Assembly (NCBI GenBank): GCA_013265495.1
Contig: MU058714.1
Coordinates: 1,426,001 to 1,490,000, forward strand
Direction of reading: 5' to 3'
DNA: 64,000 nucleotides
Source: Vicugna vicugna
Lineage: Eukaryota
This document shows, one piece after another, positions 46,076-57,720 of the stretch. The position numbers were made by a program, and so were the translations under genes. Below the pieces are notes generated by a model. The model ran no database searches, had not been told where the DNA came from, and worked only from the letters and a program-made list of their open reading frames with translations. Position 1 is the stretch's first letter. Each line of letters opens with the position of its first letter.

Positions 46076-48799
46076 GCGCATCAATGGAGGCTGCAGCATG
46101 CTCTGTGAGCCCCATGGGCTCTGAGCTGCTAGGCCCCCAGCGAGGATGCTACCCGCAGGGAGGGACAGGGGTGCAACCCACTGGTCATTTCTTGCTTTCA
46201 GTATCATCCACTCGCTTCCAGTTACCGGGAGGGGCAGAGACCGTGTTGCCCCAATGTCTGTCTTCTCCTTCCTCCTCAGCAGGAGAAACCCAGTTGTAAC
46301 TGGGCACCTGGCTCCTCGGGGTCAAGATCATATTTCCCAGCGGCCCTTGCAGCTAGACCAGTTCTGGCCAAAGAGCGTGCACAGGCAGCATCCCTAACAT
46401 GGGGGGGCTGTGCTCCCCTCTGTCCCTTCTCCTTTCCTGCTTGTTAGAATGCACTTACGATGGCTGGGGCTTGAGCAGCCGGCTTGGATCGGGAAGAAGA
46501 CGCCACATTCGAGAACAGCAGCGCTACAAGAGAGGAGAAGCAGCCCGGACTCCTGACGGCGGCGCAACCCCCAAAGCTGACCTGGAGGCTTCAAGTGAAA
46601 GAGAAGGAGCTTTCCCTTGTTTAAGTCACTGTTACTTTGGAGTTTCTGTGGAGACTAGGTCTGATCCTCAGTGTGCTGGATACGGTTCAGTCCACTGCCA
46701 GCCTCTCAGCCTCTCCTTTTCTTGCCACTTGCCTGTCCGAGCCGAGGCCCGCCCCTTCCACGTCCCACCGCCCCTCCCAGACGCCCCGCCCCACGCCCAC
46801 TCTGCTAGGACCCCTCTTTAGAGAGCCCCTGGGAGCAGCGTGATCTCTGACGTGGTCCGCTGTCAGTCCCGAGGCCGCCGCCAGGTCAGGCCCTTGCGCA
46901 GCGCAGGGCACTGAGCCCGGCCTGTGATTACCTGTTAACTGTGGATTTCCTTGACTGCCTGCTTCCCCGCCTGTCATTAACGTGAGGGCAGGGCCCCTGC
47001 CCCTGTGGGTCCACCAGTGTGTCCCTGCACCCAGCTCAGGGCCTGGCACAGACTGCACCCCGTGAACCCCCACCAGCTGGGTGCTGGCCCTGCTGCTCCC
47101 CACTGTCTTCCCTCGCCCTCCCCCAGCGCCCAGGGCCCCCTCCCCAGCTCTCCTTTTCTGCACCAGTGCTGAGCTCCCGCACTGGGGCTCCCAGCCCCGG
47201 GGTCTTCCGGCTGTCCACAACAGCCACATTTCAGTCTCTGGGCTCTGGTTTCAGACATGAGGGAAAGATCGACGCTAGAATCCCAGAAGCAGCTCCAGCG
47301 TTCGCTGGAAGTGTGGCTTCACTGCTCAGACCCGCCCCCCCCTTCTGTCCTGCAAATGGGATCGCACTGCCCCCAGTCCAGGTGAGCACCCTGCTGGCAG
47401 AGGCAGTGGGAAGACCAGGAGGCAGAGCACCCCCTCCACCGACGGCCAACAGTAAAGCACAGATGGTCCCAAGCGCCGCCACAGGCGCGGGGCCCCAGGA
47501 CCCACCCACACCGCTGGTAGGCGGGGCGGCAGGACTGCCACCTGGAGGGCGGGTGGCATCTGCCAACAGCTCCCTTAACCGGCTGAACGTTGCTCCCCAG
47601 CAGCCCCGCTGCCAGGCAGAAACTCAGAGACACGCACTAGAACGTTCCGAGTGGCATCCTTTGTAAACTTCGGAGATAACTCACACGTCCACTCACGGGA
47701 GATGGGGCGGGTAAACTGGCACGCCCGCGCAGCAGAACAGAACACAGCGGCGCACCAGAACACACACGCGCGCGCCACGCGCGGGGTGAACCGCTTGGCT
47801 GGTGTCGAGGAAAGAGGCCAGCCTCGGGACAGGCAGTGTGGCTCCTTAACACGGATATAAAGATCAGGCAAAACGAGTCTCTAGGGACAGATGTTGGGGT
47901 ATTTCTGGCGTTTGGGGTGGGAGGGGCACCAGGGAGCCTCTGGGGGGCAGTTACTATCTGGTTGGGGTGAAGGCTGCATGGTAAACACAGAGGTAAACTC
48001 CATCCATCTGTAAACCCAAGAGTGGTTCCCTCGCCTCAGGATTTTTAGATGAATTTTAAAACCGAGGCGGTGTGGGCTGGGAATACAGAACGTGGCTCCA
48101 CAGGACAGTCTTGTCACTGTAACCCCCAGACCAGCCTTTGCTGCTTCTCTTCTGTCCCCTTTTCTAATCAGGACTTGCTGGATCCCCCGCCCCAAGACTG
48201 GGCTCTGCAAGGACCTGCAGCCCAGCCCCACGCTCCCAGCAGCGACATGCTGCCGTTTGACCTTGACAGCCACCACCACACTGGCCTCCCTGGCCTTGGG
48301 TCGGGGCATTTCTGACAGCACCAAGGGCACCTGCACATGCCGCCCCGCACGCCAGATGGTGTTCCTAAGGACACGCCCTCCCCGCTCCCGAGTGCCATCC
48401 CGCCCCCTGCCCCAGCTTCCTTCCACGTGGGGCACAGTCTCCGGGAGGGCCTAGGCTCAGAGAAGCCAGGTCTGGAGTGGGACCTTCTGACTTCAGGCCA
48501 TCAAATCCCCACCTCTGATGTTGGTCGAGTCAGGAATGGCAAAGTGGGTCATCTTACGTGCCAGCTGCGACTGATTAGGGCAGCCTGGAGAATGTGCTGG
48601 GAAGGACGCTGAAGCCACCTCTGGGCCCTGCGGGAAAGAGTGGCTGATGGATTAGTGACATCTGCCACATGAGACAGAGGAATGAGAGGCAACCTTGCTG
48701 TCCCCAAGGGCCATCCTCACGCCACACCCCCTGCTCCCACCACACAGCCTCTTCAAATCCCACCAAACCCACCCCACCTCCCTGACTGCAACCAATGCT

Positions 48800-48935
48800 T
48801 ATAACAACAGCTCGCGAGCATTTATTGAGCCCGTAATTACCAAGTGCACGATTGTGCTAAGCACAGCACATATATTCTTTCAACCTGCCTGATAATCCTC
48901 TTATTACCACCATATGACAGGTGGGGTGCCTGGCC
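48800..48935 (-). mobile_element. MIR fragment
   Basis: gcatttattgagc...tgtgctaagcac...ataatcctcttattaccaccatatgacaggtgggg resembles antisense MIR. Confidence 0.65.
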
Positions 48936-49199
48936 CAGGCCCCTGTCTCCCCAGTGCTGGGGTGTGCACACAGCCAGACTTCCTGAAGCCTCATCCTCGG
49001 ACCCCGAGTTTCACCTCTGTGCCCTTGGCCTTTCCCACCTTCTCCAGTGCTCCACCCCCCTACCTGCCCCTCAGAGTCACTCAGGCACCACGTCCTTCCC
49101 TCGTCTCCATTCTGCAAGGAGCCCCCTCCTCCTGAACCTCACAGGGGCCTGGGCTGCCTCATCCTGAACTTGCTCTGGTTGCACTTACTGGACCATGAA

Positions 49200-49520
49200 C
49201 TTCACGCCTGGAACTTCAAGCCTTTCCTTCCTCCTTGGAGCCTCATGGCGCTGAGCCCAGGCCAGGCAGAGAAAGGCCCCCTGAAAAGATGTGTTGAGTG
49301 AATAAAGGCCCCCTGCCTCAGAAGGCAGCCCCGTCTCTGACCTCAACAAGGCAAAACGCGCGGTGCGTTCACCCTCTGGATGCAGGCACCATGAAGAGAC
49401 AGTGAACAAGACCAGTCCCTGCCCCTGGGACTTAAGGTCCCAAAAGTGCCCTGTGACATCTGCTTAATGAAAATGGAGCATCAGGGAGGGCCTTCTGGAG
49501 GAGGAGGCACTTGAACTGTG
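49200..49520. mobile_element. Degenerate L2 fragments (tail on + ending near 49306, then a - fragment at about 49380-49520)
   Basis: gatgtgttgagtgaataaa and acagtgaacaagaccagtccctgcccct...gggagggccttctggaggaggaggcacttgaactg. Confidence 0.5.
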
Positions 49521-50559
49521 TGGCCCATGTGCACTGACAGGTGTGCTCCACGTCGACTGCTCTGATCCGTGTTCAGCTCACCATTTGTGTGTTGTCCTCC
49601 CACTCCTGGGGAGGCCTGGAATGGTTCTGCTACAGGGAGGGAGGGGAGGCGCAGCTGAGCCCTGCCCCATCCATTTTGAGGCTACCTGTGCATTGAGACA
49701 CATGGGTTTCACTTACATCCTATGTCACTGCCTACAAAACAAAACAGCAGTATTTCCAAGATACTTTTGTTCGAACTCCAGAATAGGTGCTGGACACCTC
49801 CCCACCTCCCTGCCCCAGCTGCCCGACCCTGTGACCCAAGGCTGACCTGTGGGGGCAGTGTCAATAGGGACTCAGCCAAGAAGCAGCCTGCAGATGAGAG
49901 AAGCAGTCAGGAGGAACATGGGGTCCATGAACAGATCACCAGGCTCCTCCCTGACAGGCCGCTGAGTCCTTCTCCCCAAGGTCGGAGCTCCAGTGGACAG
50001 GCCTCTTCCATGAGTCCTTCAGGTCAGCGTGGTAACAGCTCCCCTTTGTTGCTGGCCCTGGGCTGCACTCTCTCTCCTTTAATTCATTCGTTTCCTATTT
50101 ACTCAACTCCCCTCATATACCCTGTCCTAGGATACCATAGAAACGTTAAGACCGTGGCAATTGCCCATATCAAAGAGCATTCTTGTGTGTTTCACTTGGA
50201 GTAGCGTGGAGGGGAGACTAATGGGAACTAGGGGGGGCTGGCCTCCACGCCTCCCCTGGGGCCACCGCTGTTTGTGTCCCCAGGATAATAGTAGCAGACG
50301 TCAATAACTGAGTTAGTGAATGGACTGATCCCGCCTGGCCTCTCCACCACCCAACTGCAGACTGCCTCTTCCTTCCTTCCACCCGACCTGCTTCAGGCTT
50401 CCCGGCCAAGCGCAGGTGGCACGCTCCTTCCTTCCTCCTTCCCTGAGTGCAGCCCTCTGGGGTTACAGCGGTGGGCGGGCGGAGAAGCCAGCCCTGAGCC
50501 CAAGCCCCCAGAGGAGGCAAGGACCCGCGACTGAGCAGCGGGATCAGGAAGCCGGGTCC

Positions 50560-51290
50560 CCAGCGGCCTCCACACTCAGAGGCTGGGTGTGGCTCAGAGG
50601 CTGTCACTTCACTCCACGTGGGCAACGGCAGCAGCCACGACCCCGGCCCCGCACGCAGATGACCCCGAAGATGGCAGAGCGCTTTGCGTGCAGAGGGTGC
50701 TGGGGGGCCCTCGGGAACGGCTGGGGGGTCCTCGGGACGGGGCTCCCGGGGGCGGCGTGGGAGCGCAGCTCGCCGTCCCTTCTCCAGGGCGCACCGGGAC
50801 CTACGCGCCCCGCCCGGCCGCTCGCTTGCCGCGGCTGGAGAACCGCCGCGCCCGCCGCCCCACGTGGGGCCGCACCCGCTCGCGGACCCAGCGTCCGATT
50901 GGCCGTCGGTCAGCCAATCAGAAGGCGTTGTTGGCAGCGGCCTCGCCAATTGGCCGCGGGGAGCCGGCCAGGGAGGGGCGGGGCTTCCTTTTGTTCTTTC
51001 CTCCGCGGCACCGCGGGCCCCGCCTCCCAGGCCACGCCTCGGGGTCCCCCGCAGCCCCGGCTCCGCCGCTGCGGGTGCCCCCACCCCAGAGCCCGGGTCA
51101 GGGCCGCCGGGAGCCGCCGGGAGCCGCTGAGGGACTGCGGGCCGCGGCCGAGGCCCCCTCTCGCTGGCTGCTCCGGGGGCGGCCCCCTCCCGCCCCCTTC
51201 CCAGCCACGCACCCGCCGGCTTGCTCACACGCTGGAGAAAGAACCAGCCGCCTGAAACGCGGCCTGCGCAGGGCCTGACCTTGGACAAGC
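50560..51290. promoter_or_regulatory. CpG island with promoter-like motifs (orphan)
   Basis: Dense CpG; ATTGG 50898, CCAAT 50914, CCAATTGG 50946, GC box 50975-50984, E-box CACGTG 50861. Confidence 0.7.
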
Positions 51291-53662
51291 CCTTTCAGCT
51301 CTATCCCTCAGTTCCCTTACCCTTGCTTCTTCCCTGTCTCCTAGGACTTGCGGACGAGAAGAGCCCTTGAAAAATGAGCTCAGGCTCTTTCTAAAATGTA
51401 CCCTATCAGTGATAGAAAGGCTCCGATATCTCCCGGGGGGAGCAAGTGGGAGACCGCCGAGGAGGGGGGCTGAGCGTCCGGATGTTGCTAACCTGAGACC
51501 CGAGGCGGTATTCAGAGTGACAGTCCTTTCCTAATCAGACTGGACTGGGTGGGGGTTGGGGCAGAAGCCCTGCCTCAGCCTGGCCAGCTGTGCAAACTCT
51601 CCCTAAATCACCCTCCCTCTCCCATCACTCTTCACAGTGGCCTCCCTCTGGGGTGGAAAGTGGTGGCCCCAGGAGCCAGGGCCCTCGCAGGGAGAGAGGG
51701 CGCTGGGCTGGGCTAGGGGGTCAAGGGTTCAGGTCTGGTCTTTCTTCCTCCCAGCCCACCACCTTCCCCTAGAAACTGCCTGGAGGCATTTCCCAGTGAG
51801 ATGGTGTCCACACGTATATCCTGGGAGGCTGCCAGGCTGTGGGCACAGGGCTCCCAACCTCTAGGCTGAGGCTTAAGTTCTCCTCCCCTGGGGAGCCTTT
51901 CCTTCCCCCACCCACCACCTCCCAGGCCAGCTCCTTTCCTTCCGTGAAATGGCAACCAAGGAGACCACCACGGCAGGGCAGGACCCCTGGAGGGGAGGAG
52001 GTCAGGCCTCAAGGATTCCTCAGTGCCCCTCCAACTCCCTTGACCTGGAAAAGCCCAAAAGCCAGTGTTGATGGAGAAGATGGAGCCCTGACAGTGGCTC
52101 AGGGATGGCAGCTTGATCAAAATGATGAGAGTCACCAGCAAGGTCAACAGGCAGACCTGAGAGTAAAATGTAATTCCCTGAGAAAGACAGGTCGGAATCT
52201 GATCAGTGTTCAGAATGGCTCTTCACGCCATTGATGGCCCAGTCCCTCAGCCATAGGTGACTTCTTGGCTCTGGCATGCTAGGCCACCCACTCCAGCTCC
52301 CGGCAAGCAGCGTGGGGGTAGAGGCCTACCCTGCAGCCTGGCTGTAGTGGCCCCTGGAAGGACTCCCAGCATCAGGGCCTTGGCAGGTGTCTGCTGGCCC
52401 CCTGGTGGGGGGGTGCTGAGAGGCTGACATCTGCAGAGTGTTTTTACTGTTGGACAAATTGAATCAATTAAACAGGCCCCATTGGGGTGGCTGGGAGCCC
52501 AGGGAAGGGGAGGAGGGGGAGCAGAGCCAAGGGGGCAACACAGCCTGTCTGGGACATCTCGCCAGTGAGGATTCAGGCTGAAGAGGCAAGTTGGATGCAC
52601 CCTCTTCTTAGCTGTTTGGGGACAGGAACCCTCTGTGCTGACCACAGTGAGGGAGGGAGGGTCCTGGGGCAAGTTGGGGGTGACATGCAGGAAGCTCAGC
52701 AGGGACTGGCGCCGGCACCCCCCTGCCCGGCCGACACCCCTTCTCCACCCGGGATGTGGGCCCTCGGGCTCCCCGGCCAGCCGGCTGCCCTACAGGCTCT
52801 CGGGCGCCAGACCTCTCCCTGCACCGCAGGCTCCTGTCAGTGGTGTTTTGTTGCTCTCACGTGGAGGCCTCCGGAAGATGCAGGCTCCGCCAGAGAGAGG
52901 AGGCTGCCCCAGGAGGCTGGAGGAGCCAGCAGAGGGGAGAGGAAACAGACTGTGGAGGTGATAGCAAGGGCTGCCGGTCACCCACCTGGAGCGGAAGCCT
53001 CTGGCTTGGGCAGGCCTAGAATGACTTAGGGGCCGGCTGCTCTGTGACCCCACTGACCAGGGGCTGGCTACGGCCCTGGGAGCTCAAGCAGCTGCTAGAG
53101 CAGCCCCTACCAGAGCTGCACCCGGTTGCCTGACTCTAGCAAGGGCAACAGGGCCACTTCCTCAAATGCCCTTCCTCAAAGACCTGGGGGGCCGAGGGGC
53201 ATCTCCTTGGGCTGCAGCTGCGGGGGCAGGGTTTCTGTGAGCCAGGCCAGGACTCCCACCCAGCTGCCACCCTGGCACAGGCCCTCTCCAGGTACCTTTG
53301 CTCTGTTCATGTGCCATGATGGTGATGACCTCACTGTCACCCTGGACAGCCAGACAGTATCTGTCCCTTAATGTCAAGCGACTGTTACTCAGCCACCTGA
53401 GGCAGACGGCGTCTCATCAGAAACTACCATGGAGGACAGAGCAGTCAGGGGGAGACCTTCATCTGCCAGCACTCAGGAGCCATGGGACAGAGGCTGAGAA
53501 TGGGCACTGCCCAGCATCAGGGCTGGGGACTGGCTGAGGGTGCCAGAAATTAGCCTGGGGCCAGCTAATTCACTGGGAGGCGACGGGGAGAGCTCTGCAG
53601 CTGCCACAGCCTCTGGCCAAGGCCATCAGTTTGGGCGCTGCCCTTTCCTGGCCAGGCCGCCG

Positions 53663-53731
53663 TGCGACGCAGCCTGAATCCCAGGCCCGGCTGCCATGCG
53701 ACGCAGCCTGAATCCCAGGCCCGGCTGCCAT
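53663..53731. repeat. Perfect 34-bp tandem duplication
   Basis: tgcgacgcagcctgaatcccaggcccggctgcca at 53663 and 53697. Confidence 0.95.
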
Positions 53732-53929
53732 AGCCCGGGGTCCTGCCGCCCGAGGAGAGGCAGGGAGGGGTGGGGAGAGGGTGATGGTCCATCTGCTGGT
53801 TCTGGGGACACCCCAACTCGGACCCCCACCTCACCCATGGGCCGTTTGGATGGACCAGAGGGACGCGAGACGGATGCCAGATCTTGGCCCTCCAGTGCCT
53901 TGTCTTAAGGGAAGTGAGAGCTCAGGCCT

Positions 53930-54400
53930 CGTGGCAGGCGCCCCCAGGAGGGGGGATCATTCCAGGTTGGCCTGCAGAGGAGCAGTTAATGGGGAGGCGC
54001 GGGGCCCCGCAAGGAAGGAACCGCGACTGCTGCGGCCGCTGAGCGTTTGCTGTGTACTGGCCCTGACCTCGCGAGCTGCGGTGCAGCTGCGGAGCCGGAC
54101 GTTGCCGCCCTCCCGCTCCCTTCCTCCGTCTGCCATCCTGGTGTGAACCAGGAGATCAACCCTTGGCGCCGCCAAGGGCTCTCTCCGCGGGAGCCCGCCG
54201 GCCGGCAGGAGCGGTGCGGGGGCGCCCTCCAGCGGCCGCGGCCGGGACGGCGCCCGACCTGAGGACCCGCGGCTCAGCGAGCGGAGCGCATGGGTTGTGG
54301 GGAAAGCTGGCCGCCCTTCCACTGCCAACCTCGCGACGCCTCCGCACCCTGCCGCCTCCGCACAGCGCCCCAACCCCTCTCGGCGCCCCTTATTCTTCAC
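53930..54400. promoter_or_regulatory. Small CpG-rich patch
   Basis: High CpG density relative to flanks; no CCAAT or TATA seen. Confidence 0.45.
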
Positions 54401-54686
54401 GGGGGTAACTGGGGAACTAAAAGGGGAGCTGCCCCGTGAGGCAGTGCCCCTCACAGCTCACCACGTGGGATGGAGAAGCGTAGCACACAGAGCTAGTAAA
54501 GCAGGGGCTCCAGCCCACCTGAAAGTAATCGACACCCCCGAACTCAAGTCCTGCCACACCCAGGCCAAGAGCACTTTCGGAGCAAAGAGGTGGCAAACGC
54601 TGCTTCCAGTATCATTCACATACCCCGCACAATTCATCCGTTTCAAGTGTACAATTCCATGGTTTTGGTGTCATTACATTATTAAC

Positions 54687-55335
54687 TTTAAAATTGTGGT
54701 AAATACATATATATAACAAAAATATGTCATCTAAAAACCATTTTTAAGTGTACAGGTCAGTGGCATTAAGGACATTCACAGTGTTCTGCAACCACCACCA
54801 CTATCCTTTCCCGAAACTTTTCATCATCGCAAGGAAAAACCGTACCAGTTAAGCAGTGACTCCCGACCCCTCCCTCCCCCCAGCCCGCATAACCGCTAGT
54901 CGGCTGTCTCTAGGCATGTGCCTGTTGTAGATGTTTCATATAATTGAAGTCATACGGTATTTGTCCTTTTGTGTCTGGCTTGTCACTCAGCAGAGTGTGA
55001 TCCAGATTCACCCATGTTGCACCGTGTGTCAGAACTTCATCCCTTCTCACTGATGGGTAGTATTCCTTTGTATGGATAGACCACAGTTTGTTTATCCATT
55101 CTTCTGCTGACGGACCTTTTCCCTACTGTGCATAATGTTACAACTCTGGCTCACAAGTATCTCTGTTCGAGCCGTGCTTTGGAGGAGTGTGTACCTAGGA
55201 GTGAAAGGAAAGTCGGTCTTCAGCACTTTCAGACTGGGGAACTCTTCCAGAAGGCTGCACCAGGATTGCACAGGGTTCGAATTTCTCTACAGCCTCACCA
55301 ACACTTGTTACTTCCATCAACATCATACAGCATGA
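54687..55335 (-). mobile_element. L1 (L1MB-like) 3' UTR fragment
   Basis: tttaaaattgtggtaaatac...tttttaagtgtacag...cagtggcattaag...gtatttgtccttttgtgtctggctt...gtttatccattcttctgctgacggac are typical of the antisense L1MB 3' end. Confidence 0.8.
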
Positions 55336-55489
55336 ATTTTTTTCAAAGTAGTATTTTCATTACAAGCTATGTATTTGTTGAAAATAACCTACACACTACG
55401 GAGAAGAAAAACTTGGTATTCACCTCCAACCCCACCACCTGGCGATGACCACAGCTAACTTTTTGTGATACTGTTGGTTTTTACAAGTG

Positions 55490-56480
55490 TAGGCTCGTTT
55501 GCTTTCTAAGGCCCAGGGCAACCCCCTCGCCGGCCGGCGTGGTTGGGGGGGCCTCCGAAGGGGCTTCACGTCGGGCAGACTGCGGTTCTGTGCGCAGGTC
55601 CATTATTTGGGGGGCGACTAGGATCGCGGGCTTGCGCGCAGCCTCAGTTCCTTTACTGAAGGGAGGAGAAAGGAGCGTTAGGACAGACGCCAGGACCCGT
55701 GCAGGTCGCCCCGGGGAGACTCGCCGCCCGAGGCCCGCGCCATCAACCCCGCGCTCGGGCTCCCCGGGAGCCGCGCGCCGGTTGGCAGAGAGTGCAGCCG
55801 CCCGGGCCAATCACGGGGCGGCGGCTCAGCGCCCAATGGGGGCGCGGCGGGCCCGGCGGGCGCGTGCGCCCTGGGCCCTGCGCGCGGCCCCGCCCCTGCC
55901 GCTCGGGCGTTTAGCCCCGCCCCCTGCGGCCTCAGGTTCTCTTGGGGTCCTGGGGGCGGGGGTGGGCGAGTCTTGTCTCCCGGCTGTAGTCCCGGCGGGC
56001 GCGGGCAGGGAGTCTTGTAGGTGCGCCGCTCCTCCCCGGCCGTGCGGAGACCCTCGCCCTGACCGAGGGTCGGTGCTCGCCCGCCACCCCCGCGGCCTCG
56101 CATCCCGCGCCTCCCGGTCCCCCCCCAGGTCCGGGAGGCGGAAGCCTGTTCCGCCGCAGAACTGTCATTGCGAGAGAATAAACGATTCAGCACAAAAGGG
56201 AGACGCCGAATTTACGGGATGGCCCCCTCGGAGCCCGTGGGCGACATCTGGCTGCGAGAGGGGTCCCTTTATCCAGAGACAAAGGAGTCCCCGGGCCCGC
56301 GAGGCTGCAACGGCGGGGGTCCCTGTCAGCCCTGCGGGAGGCGCGGGGAGGCGGCACCTGGGGGCGAAGGACTCTCGGCGGGGATCGCGTCCCCCTCCCC
56401 CGGAGCCCAGGGCGGGGCCGCCCCATCCCCGCGTTGTACTGTCCCTCCCCCTCCCGCCCTCCCCCTTCTTCACGAGCGGC
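55490..56480. promoter_or_regulatory. CpG island with promoter-like motifs (orphan)
   Basis: Dense CpG; CCAAT 55807 and 55833, NRF1-like GCGCGTGCGC 55860, GC box 55887-55896. Confidence 0.7.
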
Positions 56481-57329
56481 AAGGTTAAGAGAAAAGGCTT
56501 CGGAAGAATTTTCGTTAAGTCAGCTTTGCTCTGGGGAATAACTAATAGAATCAAGGGCTGCCGCGACCCCCACCCCTACTGCGGAGATAACTTACCACTG
56601 GTTCTGAAGGGCCCTCGGGGACCAGGGCTCTTCCAGGACACGACCTTGCCCCTTCCCTGGGGAGCCCCACCCCTACCGCCACCCCGCAGCTCCTACCTCG
56701 GGCCTGCTCAGGTGGCCCGGGCGCGGCTCTGCACAAAGGCCGCCAGGACCCGCAGCCTCAGCCTGTGTCTGGGCCCCAGCTGACCATGAGTGAGGCCGCG
56801 GGGCAGCCCTTAGCGGACCCTCCAGTCCAGTGGCGCCTCCAAAAAGGAGAGGCTGAGGGAGCAGGCTGGTGAGAGGTGCTGTCCCCACTCCCTCCTCCCA
56901 GGGAGCCCTGCTGGAGAGGGCCAGGGTGGCAGGGCCAGCAAGACACAGCTATGGGGCCATGTGACTGGGAGAACCCTTCACCCCCATCTCCCTACCCTTC
57001 CTGTCACCAGGCCTAGGCCTTTGCTCCCCAAGAGCTGCCTGGGTGTGGATCAGAAACCCCAAGTCCCAGAGAGGAGGGAGCGCAGACCAGGAGGCCCTCA
57101 GAGGGGCCTGTGGACCCAGGGCTGGGCGGGATTCCGCCTCTGTCCCTGTAAACCCCTGTGAGTCACTCTGCTCCCAACCTCAGTGACCTCTACCCAAACT
57201 GGGAATCCTGTTCTGCTCCCTGGACTGTTGCCCTGACAGCCTGCCCATCAGCCTGGACAGAACCCACAGGCTTGGCCTAAAACGACCCCCTCTCTGCTGT
57301 GTCCACCAGCAGCTCATGGCCCCCAACGC

Positions 57330-57720
57330 CTAGGCCTCCGGACCGCTGGCTTCCTTGTCTTTCCCAGGATACGTCCAGGCCTGAGCTCGCCCCGGGGCCT
57401 TCGCCCCTTCGCACCGCCCATCTCTCTGGGGATCACTCTTTTGTCCCTAATCTCCTCCTTCAACTCTTTGCTCAAATGTCTTTTCAGAGGGGCCTCCTCT
57501 AAACCCGTTTAAACTTCTCACCCCTCCCCGCTCCCTGCCCACCCCAGGCCCAGCTCTGCCTCTCTGCAGCCAGCCTCCCCCTCCAGTGCACTGCACAGTT
57601 TCCTTGTTTTAAGAGTCTGTTTCCCTCAACTAGGGTGTGAGTTCTTTCTACCCATTGTGTTTCTGGCTGTATCCTGCCTGGCTCCCAGGAGGCCCTCTAG
57701 AAGTGTTTGTGGACAATAAA
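57330..57720 (+). mobile_element. L2 3'-region fragment
   Basis: ttgctcaaatgtcttttcagaggggcc...ctgtttccctcaactagggtgtgagttc...gctgtatcctgcctgg...aagtgtttgtgga resembles the L2 tail. Confidence 0.55.

Noticed and set aside
50416-51288. Overlapping 229-356 aa ORFs on both strands
   Set aside because: Typical stop-free CpG-island artefacts with Arg/Pro/Gly/Ala composition, no domain and no splice support.
55539-56783. 414-aa ORF
   Set aside because: CpG-island artefact with a non-ATG start and no recognisable homology.
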